Positions 30,207 through 41,304 are shown, numbered from the stretch's first letter. The stretch: 64,000 bases of DNA from an uncultured Verrucomicrobiae bacterium (GCA_963706955.1 CAVPOC010000002.1:64001-128000); one strand, 5' to 3'. A program made the numbers and translations. Notes: a model not told the origin generated them from the letters alone.

Positions 30207-31127
30207 ATGACGACCATAGTGGGGATATTCGACAATGAACGAGACTTGGACAGATCCGTCGGGAGACTGGCTCACGCTGGATTCAAATACACTGTTTACG
30301 ATGAGGCCATCGTGTCCGAAGAGCCAGGCAGCTTCGGTTCGCTAATCTTTTGGTCGGGCTATGCTCCGGCGGTGTCCTGGGGCAGCACCGAGCCCGCTTT
30401 GCTAACCAAGCGCGGCACGCACCGTGTCGTCCAGGCCTTTAAAACCCATCTTGCACATTGTGAATTGCCGAACAAGGTCATCGAGGCCTATGCCACGACC
30501 TTCTCTGAAAATGGCCGGTTCGTCTTGGTTAAAACCGACACTGTGCAAGCCGAGCAAGTCATGGAGATCCTGCGGGAGTGCGGCGCCAGACAGGTGAATT
30601 GTCATGATAATTCAGCTTCCCAAGAGCACGGCCCAATCGACCTCTTCGACTTTCTACTCGAGAACACGCCGGACCAGATTTACTTTAAGGATCGACGCGG
30701 AAGGTTTCTTCGCGCGAGCCGAGCGGTCGCTGAACTGCTTGGCGCCTCGAGTGCGAAGAACCTCATCGGGAAAACCGACTTCGACTTTTGGTCGGTGGAG
30801 ACGGCAAGAGGAACTGCGGCAGACGAGCAGAGGATCATGAAGACGAGAGAAACACTCGTGGGAAAAATCGAAAGGCTTGTTCACCGTGATGGCAGAATCT
30901 CCTGGGACTACACGACCAAAATGCCGCTTCTGGATACCCGCGGGGAGGTCATCGGAATCTGCGGAATCAATAAAGACTTCACGGCGATGAAGTCCATGCA
31001 GGATGCCCTGGAAGAGGAACGCGATCGGCTCAAAGCCACGATTGCTGAGCTTGAGGCGAAAAACGCCCTACTCCAAGCCGACCTTCAATTGGCTCAAGGG
31101 ATTCAAGAGGCCGGCGTCACCCGGTAA
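30207..31127 (+). CDS. PAS-domain protein, probably a truncated RsbU/SpoIIE-type phosphatase
   Basis: PAS (TPDQIYFKDRRGRF, IGKTDFDF, TTKMPLLD..GEVIGICGINKD) and a coiled coil ending ADLQLAQGIQ, then a stop where the PP2C domain would begin. Confidence 0.7.
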   Translation: MTTIVGIFDNERDLDRSVGRLAHAGFKYTVYDEAIVSEEPGSFGSLIFWSGYAPAVSWGSTEPALLTKRGTHRVVQAFKTHLAHCELPNKVIEAYATTFSENGRFVLVKTDTVQAEQVMEILRECGARQVNCHDNSASQEHGPIDLFDFLLENTPDQIYFKDRRGRFLRASRAVAELLGASSAKNLIGKTDFDFWSVETARGTAADEQRIMKTRETLVGKIERLVHRDGRISWDYTTKMPLLDTRGEVIGICGINKDFTAMKSMQDALEEERDRLKATIAELEAKNALLQADLQLAQGIQEAGVTR

Positions 31128-31182
31128 GAGTGTTCTTCGGTGCCCAAGAGGGACATCTCCGCGATAAGCCGCTCGAGCGTGA

Positions 31183-31744
31183 TCATGACAGGTTTTTACC
31201 CCCAAAGTCTTTCGGGTCTACGGCAAAGCGGGTCCAAACCCTGAGCGCCTCGCGGGCGCGGGCGCGCTGCTCTTCGCTCTCCGAGGCCACGCTGGGCGGG
31301 GGTTCAGTGCGGACGGCCGCATCCATGCCCAGCAGTTTGGCCTTGCGGTCGATCAGCTTGACGAGAGCCCCGCAGGCTTGAATGCGGGCCTGCCACTCTT
31401 CAATCGAGATAATGACCGATCCCTTTTTCCCGGCGATCTCGGTTTGGATCGTGATGTCGCATTGATGTGCGGAATGAGCCGTCAATCGCGTTGTCGAGGA
31501 GGGCGAGAGCCTGCTCGCGTTCGCGGGCGGCGAGGTCCGCGGTTCCGGTGCGCAAAAGAACGCGCTGTTCTGCGATGTAGTTGTGCACGCAGGTCTTCGA
31601 GATCCCGAATTCGGCCATGAGGGTTGAGTGAGTGGCGCCTTCGCAACGGCGCTTCCAGACGGCGGCGGCACGCTCGAGTCGCCTTTCGACCTGGCCGGGG
31701 ATGGACACGCCTCCTTTAGATGAACGGAGACTTTTCTTTGGCAT
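31183..31744 (-). pseudogene. Phage-related HTH protein (small-terminase-like), frameshifted
   Basis: N-part HTH (GATHSTLMAEFGISKTCVHNYI) is in ORF 31400..31744. C-part LVKLIDRKAKLLGMDA is in ORF 31183..31671. Confidence 0.55.
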
Positions 31745-31951
31745 GGTTCACGCGCATAGGGTTCCGGAGTTTCTTTGCCACGAGTGGCCCCTTTTTTGGC
31801 AACCGGAACTTACGACAAACCCCCGATGTGGCAATCACGGTTGGCAGGGCTGAGTATGCAAAGCGCGTAAACGATGCGAGTTGTGTTCGCCTCACCGGGT
31901 GTCCTCCGGCTGTCGATTCCGCGAAATCAGCGATCTCGCAAAGGAGGTGCG

Positions 31952-32998
31952 TCACGCGCGATGATTATCGATCGAGGCGTGCGTTCCACCGAACACCATC
32001 TGCCTGACGAAATCATTGGTCAGGAAATCATGCGGGAAGCCGAGTTCGATTTTGGTGGCCTCGTCCAGCTTCGCCAACTGCTCATCCGTTAGCTTCCAGT
32101 CAAGAGATTTTAAGTTGTCCTCAATCTGCGCGATCCGGCGAGCTCCGATAATCGGAATAACGACGGCCTGGCGTTGGCGCAGCCAGTTGAGTGACACTTG
32201 CGAAGCGGAACGTCCTATTTCGTTTGCCAACTGGGTTACCGTTTCTCCTATGCGCAGCTTGCGTTCATCCGGAGGGTTGCCTTCGCTGCTGAAGCGAGCG
32301 GTGTCAGAATTCGTCTTCGTCCCCTTGGCATACTTGCCGCTGAGAATGCCACCGGCTAGCGGAGACCATGCGGTGAGGCCAATGTCAAAGGCGCGCGCCA
32401 TCGGAAGCAGATCACGTTCAGGTTCGCGCTGTGCGAGGCTGTATTCGACTTGCAATCCAACGAACGGGCTCCAGCCGTGGACTTGGGCGAGTGTGTTGGC
32501 TTGCGACACAATCCATGCGGGGGTATCGGAGATCCCCACGTAGAGCACTTTTCCTGCACGAACCATATCATCGAGCCCTCGCATCACTTCCTCAACCGGA
32601 GTCATGAAATCCCAAGCATGAACCCAATAGAGGTCGACGTAGTCAGTTTTTAGCCGCTTGAGGCTGGCCTCGAGAGCGCGGGCCATGTTTTTGCGGTGGT
32701 TGCCGCACGCGTTGGGGTCGTCCTCTCGGGTGAAGAGTGTGTATTTGGTGGCGACTACGAAGTGGTCCCGATCGGATTCCAGGAATTCGCCGAGGAGGCT
32801 CTCGCTCCCGCCCTCGTTGTATTTGTTGGCGGTGTCGATGAAATTGCCGCCGGCCTGAGCGAAACCGTCAAAGATTTTTCGAGATTCGTCTTTCGACGTG
32901 GCGAGGCCCCAGTCTTTCCAAGCTTCGCCGAACGTCATCGTGCCAAGGCAGAGCTCGGAAACCCGCAGCCCGCTCCTTCCTAAAAGTTTGTAGCGCAT
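31952..32998 (-). CDS. Aldo/keto reductase
   Basis: LCLGTMTFG, NFIDTANKY, VATKY, DLYWVH and WSPLAGG motifs. Confidence 0.95.
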   Translation of the reverse strand: MRYKLLGRSGLRVSELCLGTMTFGEAWKDWGLATSKDESRKIFDGFAQAGGNFIDTANKYNEGGSESLLGEFLESDRDHFVVATKYTLFTREDDPNACGNHRKNMARALEASLKRLKTDYVDLYWVHAWDFMTPVEEVMRGLDDMVRAGKVLYVGISDTPAWIVSQANTLAQVHGWSPFVGLQVEYSLAQREPERDLLPMARAFDIGLTAWSPLAGGILSGKYAKGTKTNSDTARFSSEGNPPDERKLRIGETVTQLANEIGRSASQVSLNWLRQRQAVVIPIIGARRIAQIEDNLKSLDWKLTDEQLAKLDEATKIELGFPHDFLTNDFVRQMVFGGTHASIDNHRA

Positions 32999-33425
32999 AG
33001 TCCGTTTGAATGTTCTCCATTTCTGGCGTCAACGCGACCGGCAAATTCCCGGTTCACTTCCGGCCGTTCAGTTCCCTGTCGAACACAACAACCAGCCTTT
33101 CGAAGATTGAGCGAGTTAGCTTGATCGCTTCGTGGCGCAGATCGGCCATGCGGTTTTGAGCCTTAAGAAATGTCTCAAGGCAAACACCCTTCGAGTTCCT
33201 TGCGCAGTCTGGTGCGATCAAAATCGTGAGAATAAGGGGACAGCCGCCTCATTTCCCGCTGCCTGCTGTCGGCGTGGTGATGCACCGCAATCTTTTCGTT
33301 CTCGCGGTAGACAGCCACGATTTTGGCGCCAGCGTCGCGCCCAACAAAGCTGTTGCAAATATAAGCCATCGTATCTGTGCTTTTCTTCCACCGTTTTCTT
33401 GTCTAGCTCTCTTGCTCAACAATAG

Positions 33426-34389
33426 ATGGCTCCATTCCCTGAGCAATTGCGTGCGTTTATGCTTGCGTCGCCGGGCATTGAAGCTGAAGCCACACGCGGC
33501 AGTCCTGAAGATTATGCTGACCGCAATGGCTACCTACCCGACTTTCTTGGCGCTGGAAGCGACTTCCTCGCTTCCTCTGCTCAAGGTCACGGACGATCTT
33601 GTTCAGGTCGAGCGAGCGCCGAAGGAAAGGCCATTTGAGCTACGCTACCAAAACTTCAGCGTTGCCATGAGCCGATCGCGTCGTCTCTGCTGTATAACGG
33701 GGGTCAATATCGACGGCAGCGCCCCCTTTTTTCATATCAAGAGGCCGGGATGGAAGATAGATCCTCGGATTCCCCAGGAGGCTCAAGTGGGCGGAGCTGA
33801 GTTCTATGTTCCGACCGTATTCGATCGCGGACATATGGTTCGCCGGCTTGATCCCGTTTGGGGTAATGAAGGCACCGCACGCTTGGCCAACGCGGACACC
33901 CATCACTACACCAATTCCTGCCCCCAGGTGCATTCGTTCAACGACATGACGTGGGGCGACTTGGAAGACTGGATTCTCTCGCAAGAGCGAAGCCGCGATA
34001 GTAGAGGGTCTGTTTTCACCGGTCCGATCTTTCAAGAATCTGATCCCGTGTATGAAGGCGTAAAGGTCCCGGTGCAATTCTATAAGGTAGTGGTCGTAAT
34101 CGACGATGCCAAAGGTCAGCTGAGCGTAACTGCATTTCAGATGGACCAATCGAGTGTAATGCCGCCGCGACCGGAGGCCGCGGAACCTAGAGCACCGTTC
34201 GATCCGGGTCGCTTTTCGGTGGACCAGATAACGTTGTCCGACTTGGAAGAACGCTCAGGCCTTGATTTCGACACGCTCAAGGATTTCGATGTTCTGGCGG
34301 CGCAGCCGATACCAAGGTCCGTCTTGGAGGGCGCCCCACTGCGTCTGCCCTTAAGGACTGTCCGAGAGGCCGTGCTGTGGGCTCCTTGA
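33426..34389 (+). CDS. DNA/RNA non-specific endonuclease (NUC family), frameshift near 33570
   Basis: N-part DYADRNGYLPDFLG in ORF 33426..33638 joins the frame with LRYQNFSV, FDRGHMVRR, HYTNSCPQ and WGDLEDW. Confidence 0.85.
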
Positions 34390-34482
34390 CGGGCGTGCTT
34401 TTCGCGGCTTTTGCTCAGGTTTCGGGCTGGGCATGGCTTCGGTTAATTCGTGTTCATGTTCCGAACGCTATGATGTGCTGGA

Positions 34483-34713
34483 TCAACCAAAACGCGGCGA
34501 CGCTTCCGATGGCATAGGGCGGCACGCGCCAGGCCCAAGGAAAGCGGGTGTCAATGTCGGGTGTCGAATGTCGAGCGCCTTGCGAGCCAAGCTAACGACC
34601 ATCAGTACCGCCGCGATAAACAGGAGTTGGCCGGCTTCGACGCCGAGGTTGAAGAACAGGAGCGCAACTGGTATGGCATTTTGCGGCTGTCCGACTTCGC
34701 TCAACGCGCCGGC
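34483..34713 (-). pseudogene. HupE/UreJ-like membrane protein C-terminal fragment
   Basis: AGALSEVGQPQNAIPVALLFFNLGVEAGQL. The N-terminus is missing. Confidence 0.75.
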
Positions 34714-34715
34714 GG

Positions 34716-34937
34716 GTAGAATACTTCGTCTACAGCATGGAAAGTCACCGCGACACTTATGAACGGCACGGATACTCCCTCACTCTGGTGCAGACCGGAA
34801 TTCCACCTGCCCTGCGCGAGTTGCGCCAGGATCGCCGCAGCTACTTTGGGCACCTGACATATCACCTCGCAACCGCCCTCTTTTTTACCGGTTGCCGATT
34901 TCACGAGTTGGCGCGACTCACGTGTGGGCTTGGGTAA
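34716..34937 (+). pseudogene. Tyrosine recombinase/integrase fragment
   Basis: TALFFTGCRFHELARLT matches the box I TGxRxxELxxL motif. No HxxR or catalytic Tyr region follows. Confidence 0.65.
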
Positions 34938-35435
34938 TCTGCGTGCATGTCTGAACCTTCTGTGTCATGGCGCCGCAGAGAGAATTGAGCACCAGAGCGC
35001 GATGAGGAATATGCAGTCGAGCGAGCGATCCAAACGAAATTCTGAGGCGCAAGCCTTTGCGGGCCTGATCGTCCGAGAGCGGAATCCCGAAAACCTCGAG
35101 TTTCCGTTAAAACCTGGTCGACGTTGTAAGGCGTTGGAACACGGGTGACATCGCCGGGTGTTCTTTGTGTTTGGCGGGTTTGAATGCCGGCGACAAGGGT
35201 GGTTAGGCTCGTTGTTGTGGAAAAAAGACGTCCGCTACGCCACCAGGATGACGACCACAGTCTCGGTCCACTCATGATGCTTGCTGTGACCGCCGCCGCA
35301 TCCTCCTAGTGGCATGGGTTTCCACAAAGGGCGTTTCTTCTTCCTTCAAGAGTCTCCAATCCGTTGAAAGCGACTGTCGAAGTCTTTTCCAAAGCCTACG
35401 CAAAGGCAACGTTACACGAGCGGGGATGCGCGGGA

Positions 35436-35804
35436 TCATTTCTTCCTGCAAGTGGAAACCGTGAAGACATTGGGATAAATGCGCAAGTATGCCTTGACTA
35501 CCGGCGGAATCGTTGTCCCGGCAAATCGCCCGCCTCGGGGACAGCATTCATAGGCCGCACGCATGGCAAAGAGTTTGTGCCGCCTGCTGATTTCAGGCTC
35601 AATCTGCCTTCTTGGCCGCGGCATTCTAGCATCTTTCTTGTCGGACAGTTCTGCCAAACGGACTGGGCCACCCCCGTTTGCACGCCGACTCAAGGTGATG
35701 TCAAGCCAACCAAGCTCCGCCACTTGTTCGATCTCCCAAGGCCAGATGGAAAAGCTGCGCGTCAAGTCCCTCAAGGACCTTATGCCCCCGGGGTGATTGA
35801 GCAC
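35436..35804 (-). CDS. Hypothetical protein (probably a fragment)
   Basis: 122-aa ORF with protein-like composition (RDLTRSFSIWPWEIEQVAELGWL). No family recognised. Confidence 0.4.
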   Translation of the reverse strand: MLNHPGGIRSLRDLTRSFSIWPWEIEQVAELGWLDITLSRRANGGGPVRLAELSDKKDARMPRPRRQIEPEISRRHKLFAMRAAYECCPRGGRFAGTTIPPVVKAYLRIYPNVFTVSTCRKK

Positions 35805-35852
35805 CCGCCGATACGGTGAAGACGTTCGAGGCAGTTGCCAATACCCAATTTA

Positions 35853-37640
35853 CTACACGCGGGTCGAGCCAAGCAGATTCCCGCCAAGGCTCGGATGGCC
35901 TATCGTGCGGTCGCCGACGACATTGACGAGCGCGGTCTTGCCGGCCCTCAGTGCACGTTCGAGGGCAGGGCGAAACTCCTCAGGTCGCTCGACGTGCTCA
36001 CCGTGACAACCCATGAGTTCGAACATCCGGTCGTAGCGTTGGTTCGGTAGTATCTCGAACGGATCGGTCCGACCTTTCAGGAATGGCATTTCGTCGAAGC
36101 TCGGCCCCCAGGAACTGTTGTTCCACAAAACCGCGACGATCGGCAGGCCATAGCGGCGCGCAGTTTCGAGATCGAAACCGCTGATGCCGAGACCACCGTC
36201 GCCTATTATAAGCACGACCTGTTTTCCGGGCCGTGCAAGTTGAGCACCGATGGCCATGCCGACGCCGTGGCCAACGGGTGCGAGCGGGCCGGCGTCGAGA
36301 ATTTGGCCGGGGAAGCGAGCGTGAAACCATTGCGACATCCAGCCGCTCATCGTGAAGCTATCGATTACGATCGTTGCGTGCGGATCGATCACTTCACAAA
36401 GCTCCCGCGCAACCCTTGCGGGGTGTATCGGTACGTCGTCGTGGTGCTTATGCTCCTGTTCGACGATTACCCGATCAAAGTTAGTCCGCACGTCGGCGAC
36501 CTCCTGGAGCCAGGTCGACTGGCTTAGTCGCCTCCAGTCGTTCGCGCGCGCTGCGTCGGAAAGCTGCCGCAGAACGAGTTTCGCGTCACCGACCATGGCA
36601 ACCTCTGCCGGCACATGGAGGCCGATCCGCGTCGGCGTAGCGTCAGCCTGAATGTAACGTGCGGATTCACTCCAAGTGGGTGCCTCGCCGAACTTCTCGC
36701 CGCTCCAGAACCGAAAGCCAATCGCCAACACCGCGTCGGCGCGCCCGGTGAACGGCTTCTTCCATGGACCTCGGATTGCAAGCGGGTGGTCCTCCGCCAC
36801 GGCGCCTTGCCCGGTGCGCCGGGCGTATACCGGTATCCTGGTGAGCTCAACGAATTCGCGTAGCTCGGCTGCCGCACCCGACCAGAAGATTCCGTCGCCT
36901 GCTGCGATTAACGGGCGCTTGGCGGCAAGGAGGATCTCGATCGCCTGCTCGATGCTGTGCGGGTCCGCTCCCGACCGAAGCTCGCCTGGCGCATAGACCT
37001 TCGCGCCGCGGCGTTGATTGCTCTCAAGCCCGCCTCGGTAGAGAATGTTCGTCGGGATTTCGACCAGGGCGACGCCCTGCGGCGGATCCGTCGCATCGCG
37101 AAACGCCTGCCGCAAATCGACTTCGATCGTCGACCAGTCGATTACTCGCTTGGTGAACTTCGAGAAGGAGCGGCAAACTTCGCTGCCATACGCCTCCTGA
37201 AACGAGCCCAGCCCGTCCTCCGTCGTCGGGTGCTGGCCGGCAATGCACACCACCGCGCTCCCGGCGAGACCCGCGGCACAGAGGCCGGTTACGGCGTTAG
37301 TCAGTCCGCAGCCGGCTGTGACACTGCAAACGCCGGGTGTTCCGGTGGTTCGCGCCCATCCGTCTGCCGCGTAGGCGCATGACTGCTCGTGGCGCATGTG
37401 GATGAGTTTGATCCCATAGTCGCGCAGCGCAGCAAGGATCGGCCAAGTGTGGCCGCCGTTGACCGCAAATAGGTATTTCACGCCTTGGGACTGGAGCACG
37501 CGGGCGACCAGGCCACCGCCATCAATTTCCACTGCCGTAGACGGCACGGATTCAGTCGCTCCTTCCCCTGCCAACGCTGCGCCCGCGGTTTTTCCCATGA
37601 CGACGCCCGAGAGCGCCTCGCTTGGTTCTGGCCCTGTCAC
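35853..37640 (-). CDS. ThDP-dependent enzyme (acetolactate synthase / 2-hydroxyacyl-CoA lyase-like family)
   Basis: NGGH, RHEQ catalytic Glu, VTAGCG and GDG...WNN ThDP motif. GTG start overlaps the ligase stop. Confidence 0.9.
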   Translation of the reverse strand: MTGPEPSEALSGVVMGKTAGAALAGEGATESVPSTAVEIDGGGLVARVLQSQGVKYLFAVNGGHTWPILAALRDYGIKLIHMRHEQSCAYAADGWARTTGTPGVCSVTAGCGLTNAVTGLCAAGLAGSAVVCIAGQHPTTEDGLGSFQEAYGSEVCRSFSKFTKRVIDWSTIEVDLRQAFRDATDPPQGVALVEIPTNILYRGGLESNQRRGAKVYAPGELRSGADPHSIEQAIEILLAAKRPLIAAGDGIFWSGAAAELREFVELTRIPVYARRTGQGAVAEDHPLAIRGPWKKPFTGRADAVLAIGFRFWSGEKFGEAPTWSESARYIQADATPTRIGLHVPAEVAMVGDAKLVLRQLSDAARANDWRRLSQSTWLQEVADVRTNFDRVIVEQEHKHHDDVPIHPARVARELCEVIDPHATIVIDSFTMSGWMSQWFHARFPGQILDAGPLAPVGHGVGMAIGAQLARPGKQVVLIIGDGGLGISGFDLETARRYGLPIVAVLWNNSSWGPSFDEMPFLKGRTDPFEILPNQRYDRMFELMGCHGEHVERPEEFRPALERALRAGKTALVNVVGDRTIGHPSLGGNLLGSTRV

Positions 37641-39220
37641 GGCGCACCCCCTTCCGCGCTGCGCGCTTCGTGATTGGCGTACCTGCTCCGGAGAACCCGG
37701 TGCAAAAGCTTTCCGGTGGCAGTCCTCGGCATTTCGTCTTCAGCAATAAACGAGATCGATTTTGGTCGTTTGTATCCGGCGATCCTATCTTTGCACCAAT
37801 CGAGGATTTCGGACTCCGATGCGCCTTGATCTTGATGTAAAACCACCACTGCATGAACGGCCTCCCCCCACTTCTCGTGAGGGACGCCAATCACGGCTAG
37901 ATCCTTGATCTTGGGATGAGCGCCAAGAACCTGCTCCACTTCGGATGGATAGATCTTCTCCCCGCCGCTGTTGATCATATTGCTCTTGCGGTCGGCGAGA
38001 TAGTAGTAGCCGTCCTGGTCCCGACGGGCCATGTCGCCTACCGTGCAATACGCGCCTCGGAACGCCTCAGCAGTCTTCTTCGGCGACTTCCAGTAGCCCT
38101 GAAACGCGTAAGGCGTGCGCGAATAGAGGTCACCGACTTCGCCGTCGACGACCTCGTTGCCTTCTGAATCAAGGAGCTTGATCCTCCCGGTACCGAGGCA
38201 TTCGCGACCGATGGAACCGAGCTTGGTCAGCTGCTCTTCGGGACGCAGCAAGGTCACCCATCCCGCTTCAGTCGAGCCGTAGCCCTCATAGAGCCGAGAT
38301 CTCCTGAAATATTCCATCAGCGCCAGCTTGGTGTCCTGGCGGGCTGGCGCGGAGGAGATGAGGAGTTTGGTGACGCTCTCTACACTGATCTTACGCTTCA
38401 CGGATTCGGGCAATCCGAGAATCATGATGTAGTGCGTTGGCACCAGCGAGGTGAAGGTGAATCTGTCGCCGGCGAGCGTTCTCAGCAGATGGTCCGGTTC
38501 GAAGCTTTTCCGGTCGTAGACGCAGGAGGCTGCGCCGCAGGCGGCAAATACGTACGCGAAATAGAGAGAGTTCGCGTGGCACATCGGCATGACCAGAAGG
38601 CCCAAGTCATCTCGACTGAAACCCCAGTCGACCTGAACGAGATACGCCAGCAGGACGAAGCTGCCGTTATTGCGAATGACGCCCTTGGGCTTGCCGGTAG
38701 TGCCAGATGTGTAGAGAAGGGCATAGGGATCGTCGGGCCCAGTTTCGATCAATGGTTCAGACCGCGCGCCCGCCGCGACCAAGTCCTCGTAGGATCGGTA
38801 GCCTGGGGGCGTTCTGCCGCCGAAATGGATGTACTTGTCCTCGGCGATCAGGCGCTCGGCTCGGATTGTTTCAACGCGGTCGAGAAGATCGTCCTGGACG
38901 ATGATGGCTTTAGCTTCTGAGTTCTCGACGATGTACCGGACCTCTGAGCCAATCAGCCTGAAATTGATCGGCACAACGACGAGCCCCGCCTTGGCGACCG
39001 CCGCATAGATTTCCATCCATTCAAGGCAGTTATACGCGAGGACGGCGATCCGATCTCCCTTCTCGAGCCCCAGTCCGACAAGCGCATTGGCGAGCTTGCA
39101 GGACCGATCGTTCCACCCGCGAAAGGTCAAGGATCGTGTGAGATCGCGCGCACCTACCTTGTCCGGAGACAAATAGGCATTCATGGCGACGATCTCGCCG
39201 AAATGGAGCAGCTGGCTCAT
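37637..39220 (-). CDS. Acyl-CoA synthetase (AMP-binding, class I adenylate-forming)
   Basis: YTSGTTGKPKG, YGSTE, TVGDMA, SGGEKIYPSEVE and PRTATGK motifs. Confidence 0.94.
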   Translation of the reverse strand: MSQLLHFGEIVAMNAYLSPDKVGARDLTRSLTFRGWNDRSCKLANALVGLGLEKGDRIAVLAYNCLEWMEIYAAVAKAGLVVVPINFRLIGSEVRYIVENSEAKAIIVQDDLLDRVETIRAERLIAEDKYIHFGGRTPPGYRSYEDLVAAGARSEPLIETGPDDPYALLYTSGTTGKPKGVIRNNGSFVLLAYLVQVDWGFSRDDLGLLVMPMCHANSLYFAYVFAACGAASCVYDRKSFEPDHLLRTLAGDRFTFTSLVPTHYIMILGLPESVKRKISVESVTKLLISSAPARQDTKLALMEYFRRSRLYEGYGSTEAGWVTLLRPEEQLTKLGSIGRECLGTGRIKLLDSEGNEVVDGEVGDLYSRTPYAFQGYWKSPKKTAEAFRGAYCTVGDMARRDQDGYYYLADRKSNMINSGGEKIYPSEVEQVLGAHPKIKDLAVIGVPHEKWGEAVHAVVVLHQDQGASESEILDWCKDRIAGYKRPKSISFIAEDEMPRTATGKLLHRVLRSRYANHEARSAEGGAP

Positions 39221-39459
39221 TGGAGTCCTCGATGAGACTTAGAGCGCGTCGGTGAAATCATGTCGCTTCGGATGCCTTGTCTACGTCCATCGTGTCTTGT
39301 ACCTAGGAAACGTTGGATTTCTGTTTGCGGTATCCTTCATGTTGGACGGCGCAGGTGCTTCGAAGGACCATCGTGCGTAGGAGACAAACGCGATCAACCG
39401 CGTCGGAGTTTTGGCACGAGCCGTTAGCTTTAGCTCGTGTATCTGCTGCGGAGTGCATC

Positions 39460-39681
39460 GCTTGCCAAAACGCCCGTTCACTAGCATCGCTCTTTTCAGG
39501 GAGCTCAACTTCTTCTCCAATGCTTGAATGCGTTGGTCCTGTTCTTCAAGCTCAGCAACCAAACATCAATTATCTGTAAGCCAACAGGTCCCCTTTTGCC
39601 GAAGGTAACGATTTTGCCTTTCTTAGCGTGCATCTTATCGCGGTATTCTTCGATCGCGGATTTAACTGTTTCGAGGCTCAT
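39460..39681 (-). pseudogene. Small coiled-coil hypothetical protein, frameshifted
   Basis: MSLETVKSAIEEYRDKMHAKKGKIVTFGKRGPVGLQIIDV continues in another frame as VAELEEQDQRIQALEKKLSSLKR. The end is approximate. Confidence 0.4.
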
Positions 39682-39992
39682 CTTTAGCAAGGATTGCGTT
39701 AAGGCTGAGCACCCAAACGCCCATCGTCGAGCATATTTCGGCCACCTCCGTCACGCCGGGGCTATATGAAGAGCGACAGATAGGAGAGGTCTGACCAGCT
39801 CCGCGTCGGCTCTTGAAATTCACCTGCACCCCGATCGCCAGGCTGGCCACGCGAGTTAGCTAGTTGTTTTAAGAGGCATTCGCTTAGTCACCGCTAGCCG
39901 AATTTTGGAAAAGCCCTCAACAGCTCCTCGTCCTCTTTTTCTTTCGCTCTTCGTCGCGTGATGTTCGGCGAAGAACCGTCAAGTTTCTCTCA

Positions 39993-40981
39993 TCACCTGG
40001 CTGGCATTTTTATCGTCGCGCATTGCCACGACGTGCAATGCCTTAGGTGACCCGCATCGGTCCATTCGACGAAGGCGACCTGGCAAACCAGCTTCGGTAT
40101 GACCCAGCGACATCCTTCCATTTTCTCTGCGGTCAGTGCCTCTCCCCATCGCGAGCCCTTTTTCTCAGGCAAATTGGTGAACGGACAATGCGTAGCTCCG
40201 AGCTTTTTGAGCGCTGGGAAGATCTCCTTCCGAATCCGCGGCACAAAGCCGTTTTTCACCTTTGCTACAAAGATGAGTTGTTCGCTCTCGTAGACGCCAA
40301 GGAGTAATGCATCAAGCCCCTGCGCACCAGGAATGTAACCGCCAATCACGAACTCCTGCTCTCGGTTCGCACGGTGCTTGACCCATGCTCAGGAACGTTC
40401 ACCAGGTTCGTAGGTGGAATCGATTCGCTTACCGACAACCCCTTCCAAGTCAAGCTTGCGCACGGCCCTCAAGAACGTGTCCCGACGGGGCCTGCAGCTG
40501 CGGTGACAAGCGAAGCGGATCGTCGGGGTCGGACAGCAATTTAGCCAGCAATTTGCGACGGCGCTCGATCGGGGAGCTGAGCAAGAGTTCGCCGTCCTGG
40601 TTTAACAGGTCGAAGGCGTAGAAAAATACCGGAACCTCGTGCGACGGGTGCTCTGGAGAACTGAAAGGAAGGTCGCCCTTGCGTGTCAAAAGCAACCACT
40701 TCCCCGTCCAGAACAAACTTCCCTTCGAGTGAAGCCAGGGCGTCGACGATTTTTGGAAAGCGCTTATTGAGCACCTTCTCGTTGCGGGAAAACAAGGTAA
40801 CCTCTGAGCCGCGCTTGACGGCAAGGCATCGATACCCGTCAAATTTGATTTCAAATGTCCAGTTCTCGCCTGTTGGCAAGGATGAGACCGGCTTGCATTG
40901 CATAGGTTCAATGAAGGCGGGCTCTATCCGCTTACGGCGTGTTGCCGAAGTCGTTGAGCGATCTCTCGGCCTTTGGCTCAC
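39993..40981 (-). pseudogene. ATP-dependent DNA ligase (LigD/LigC ligase domain), multiple frameshifts
   Basis: FIEPMQC, EIKFDGYR, LDGEVV, FYAFDLL, IGGY and VAFVEWT..GHLRH are spread over several frames. Confidence 0.88.
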
Positions 40982-41022
40982 GCGGGCCTGATTGTGCGCA
41001 TTCGATGGCCCGCAGCAAGGGC

Positions 41023-41223
41023 CTATTTCGCTAGGTCACCCCGGTCGCCCTGGCCTTTCGGCACTTTCTGTTTGGCAGTCGTGCGTTTGTCAGAAGAGAG
41101 CGACTTGCCGACATCGACGACCTTGTTGAATTCGCCTTTCGCATTACGACGCACGTAGCGTTTATCGCCTTTGGTCGGCTCGATGAGTTGGCGAGTGCTG
41201 GTGGCTTTCTTTTTTGTGGGCAT
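41023..41223 (-). CDS. Small basic hypothetical protein
   Basis: MPTKKK...DKRYVRRNAKGEF..VDVGKSLSSD...GQGDRGD, with AGGAG RBS upstream. Confidence 0.7.
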   Translation of the reverse strand: MPTKKKATSTRQLIEPTKGDKRYVRRNAKGEFNKVVDVGKSLSSDKRTTAKQKVPKGQGDRGDLAK

Positions 41224-41304
41224 AGGTTTTCTCCTGTTGATTGCTCAACAATCCATCGCATACCCGCGCACTGTTGCGCGGAACAATAGAGGCCCGCAAT
41301 CGCT

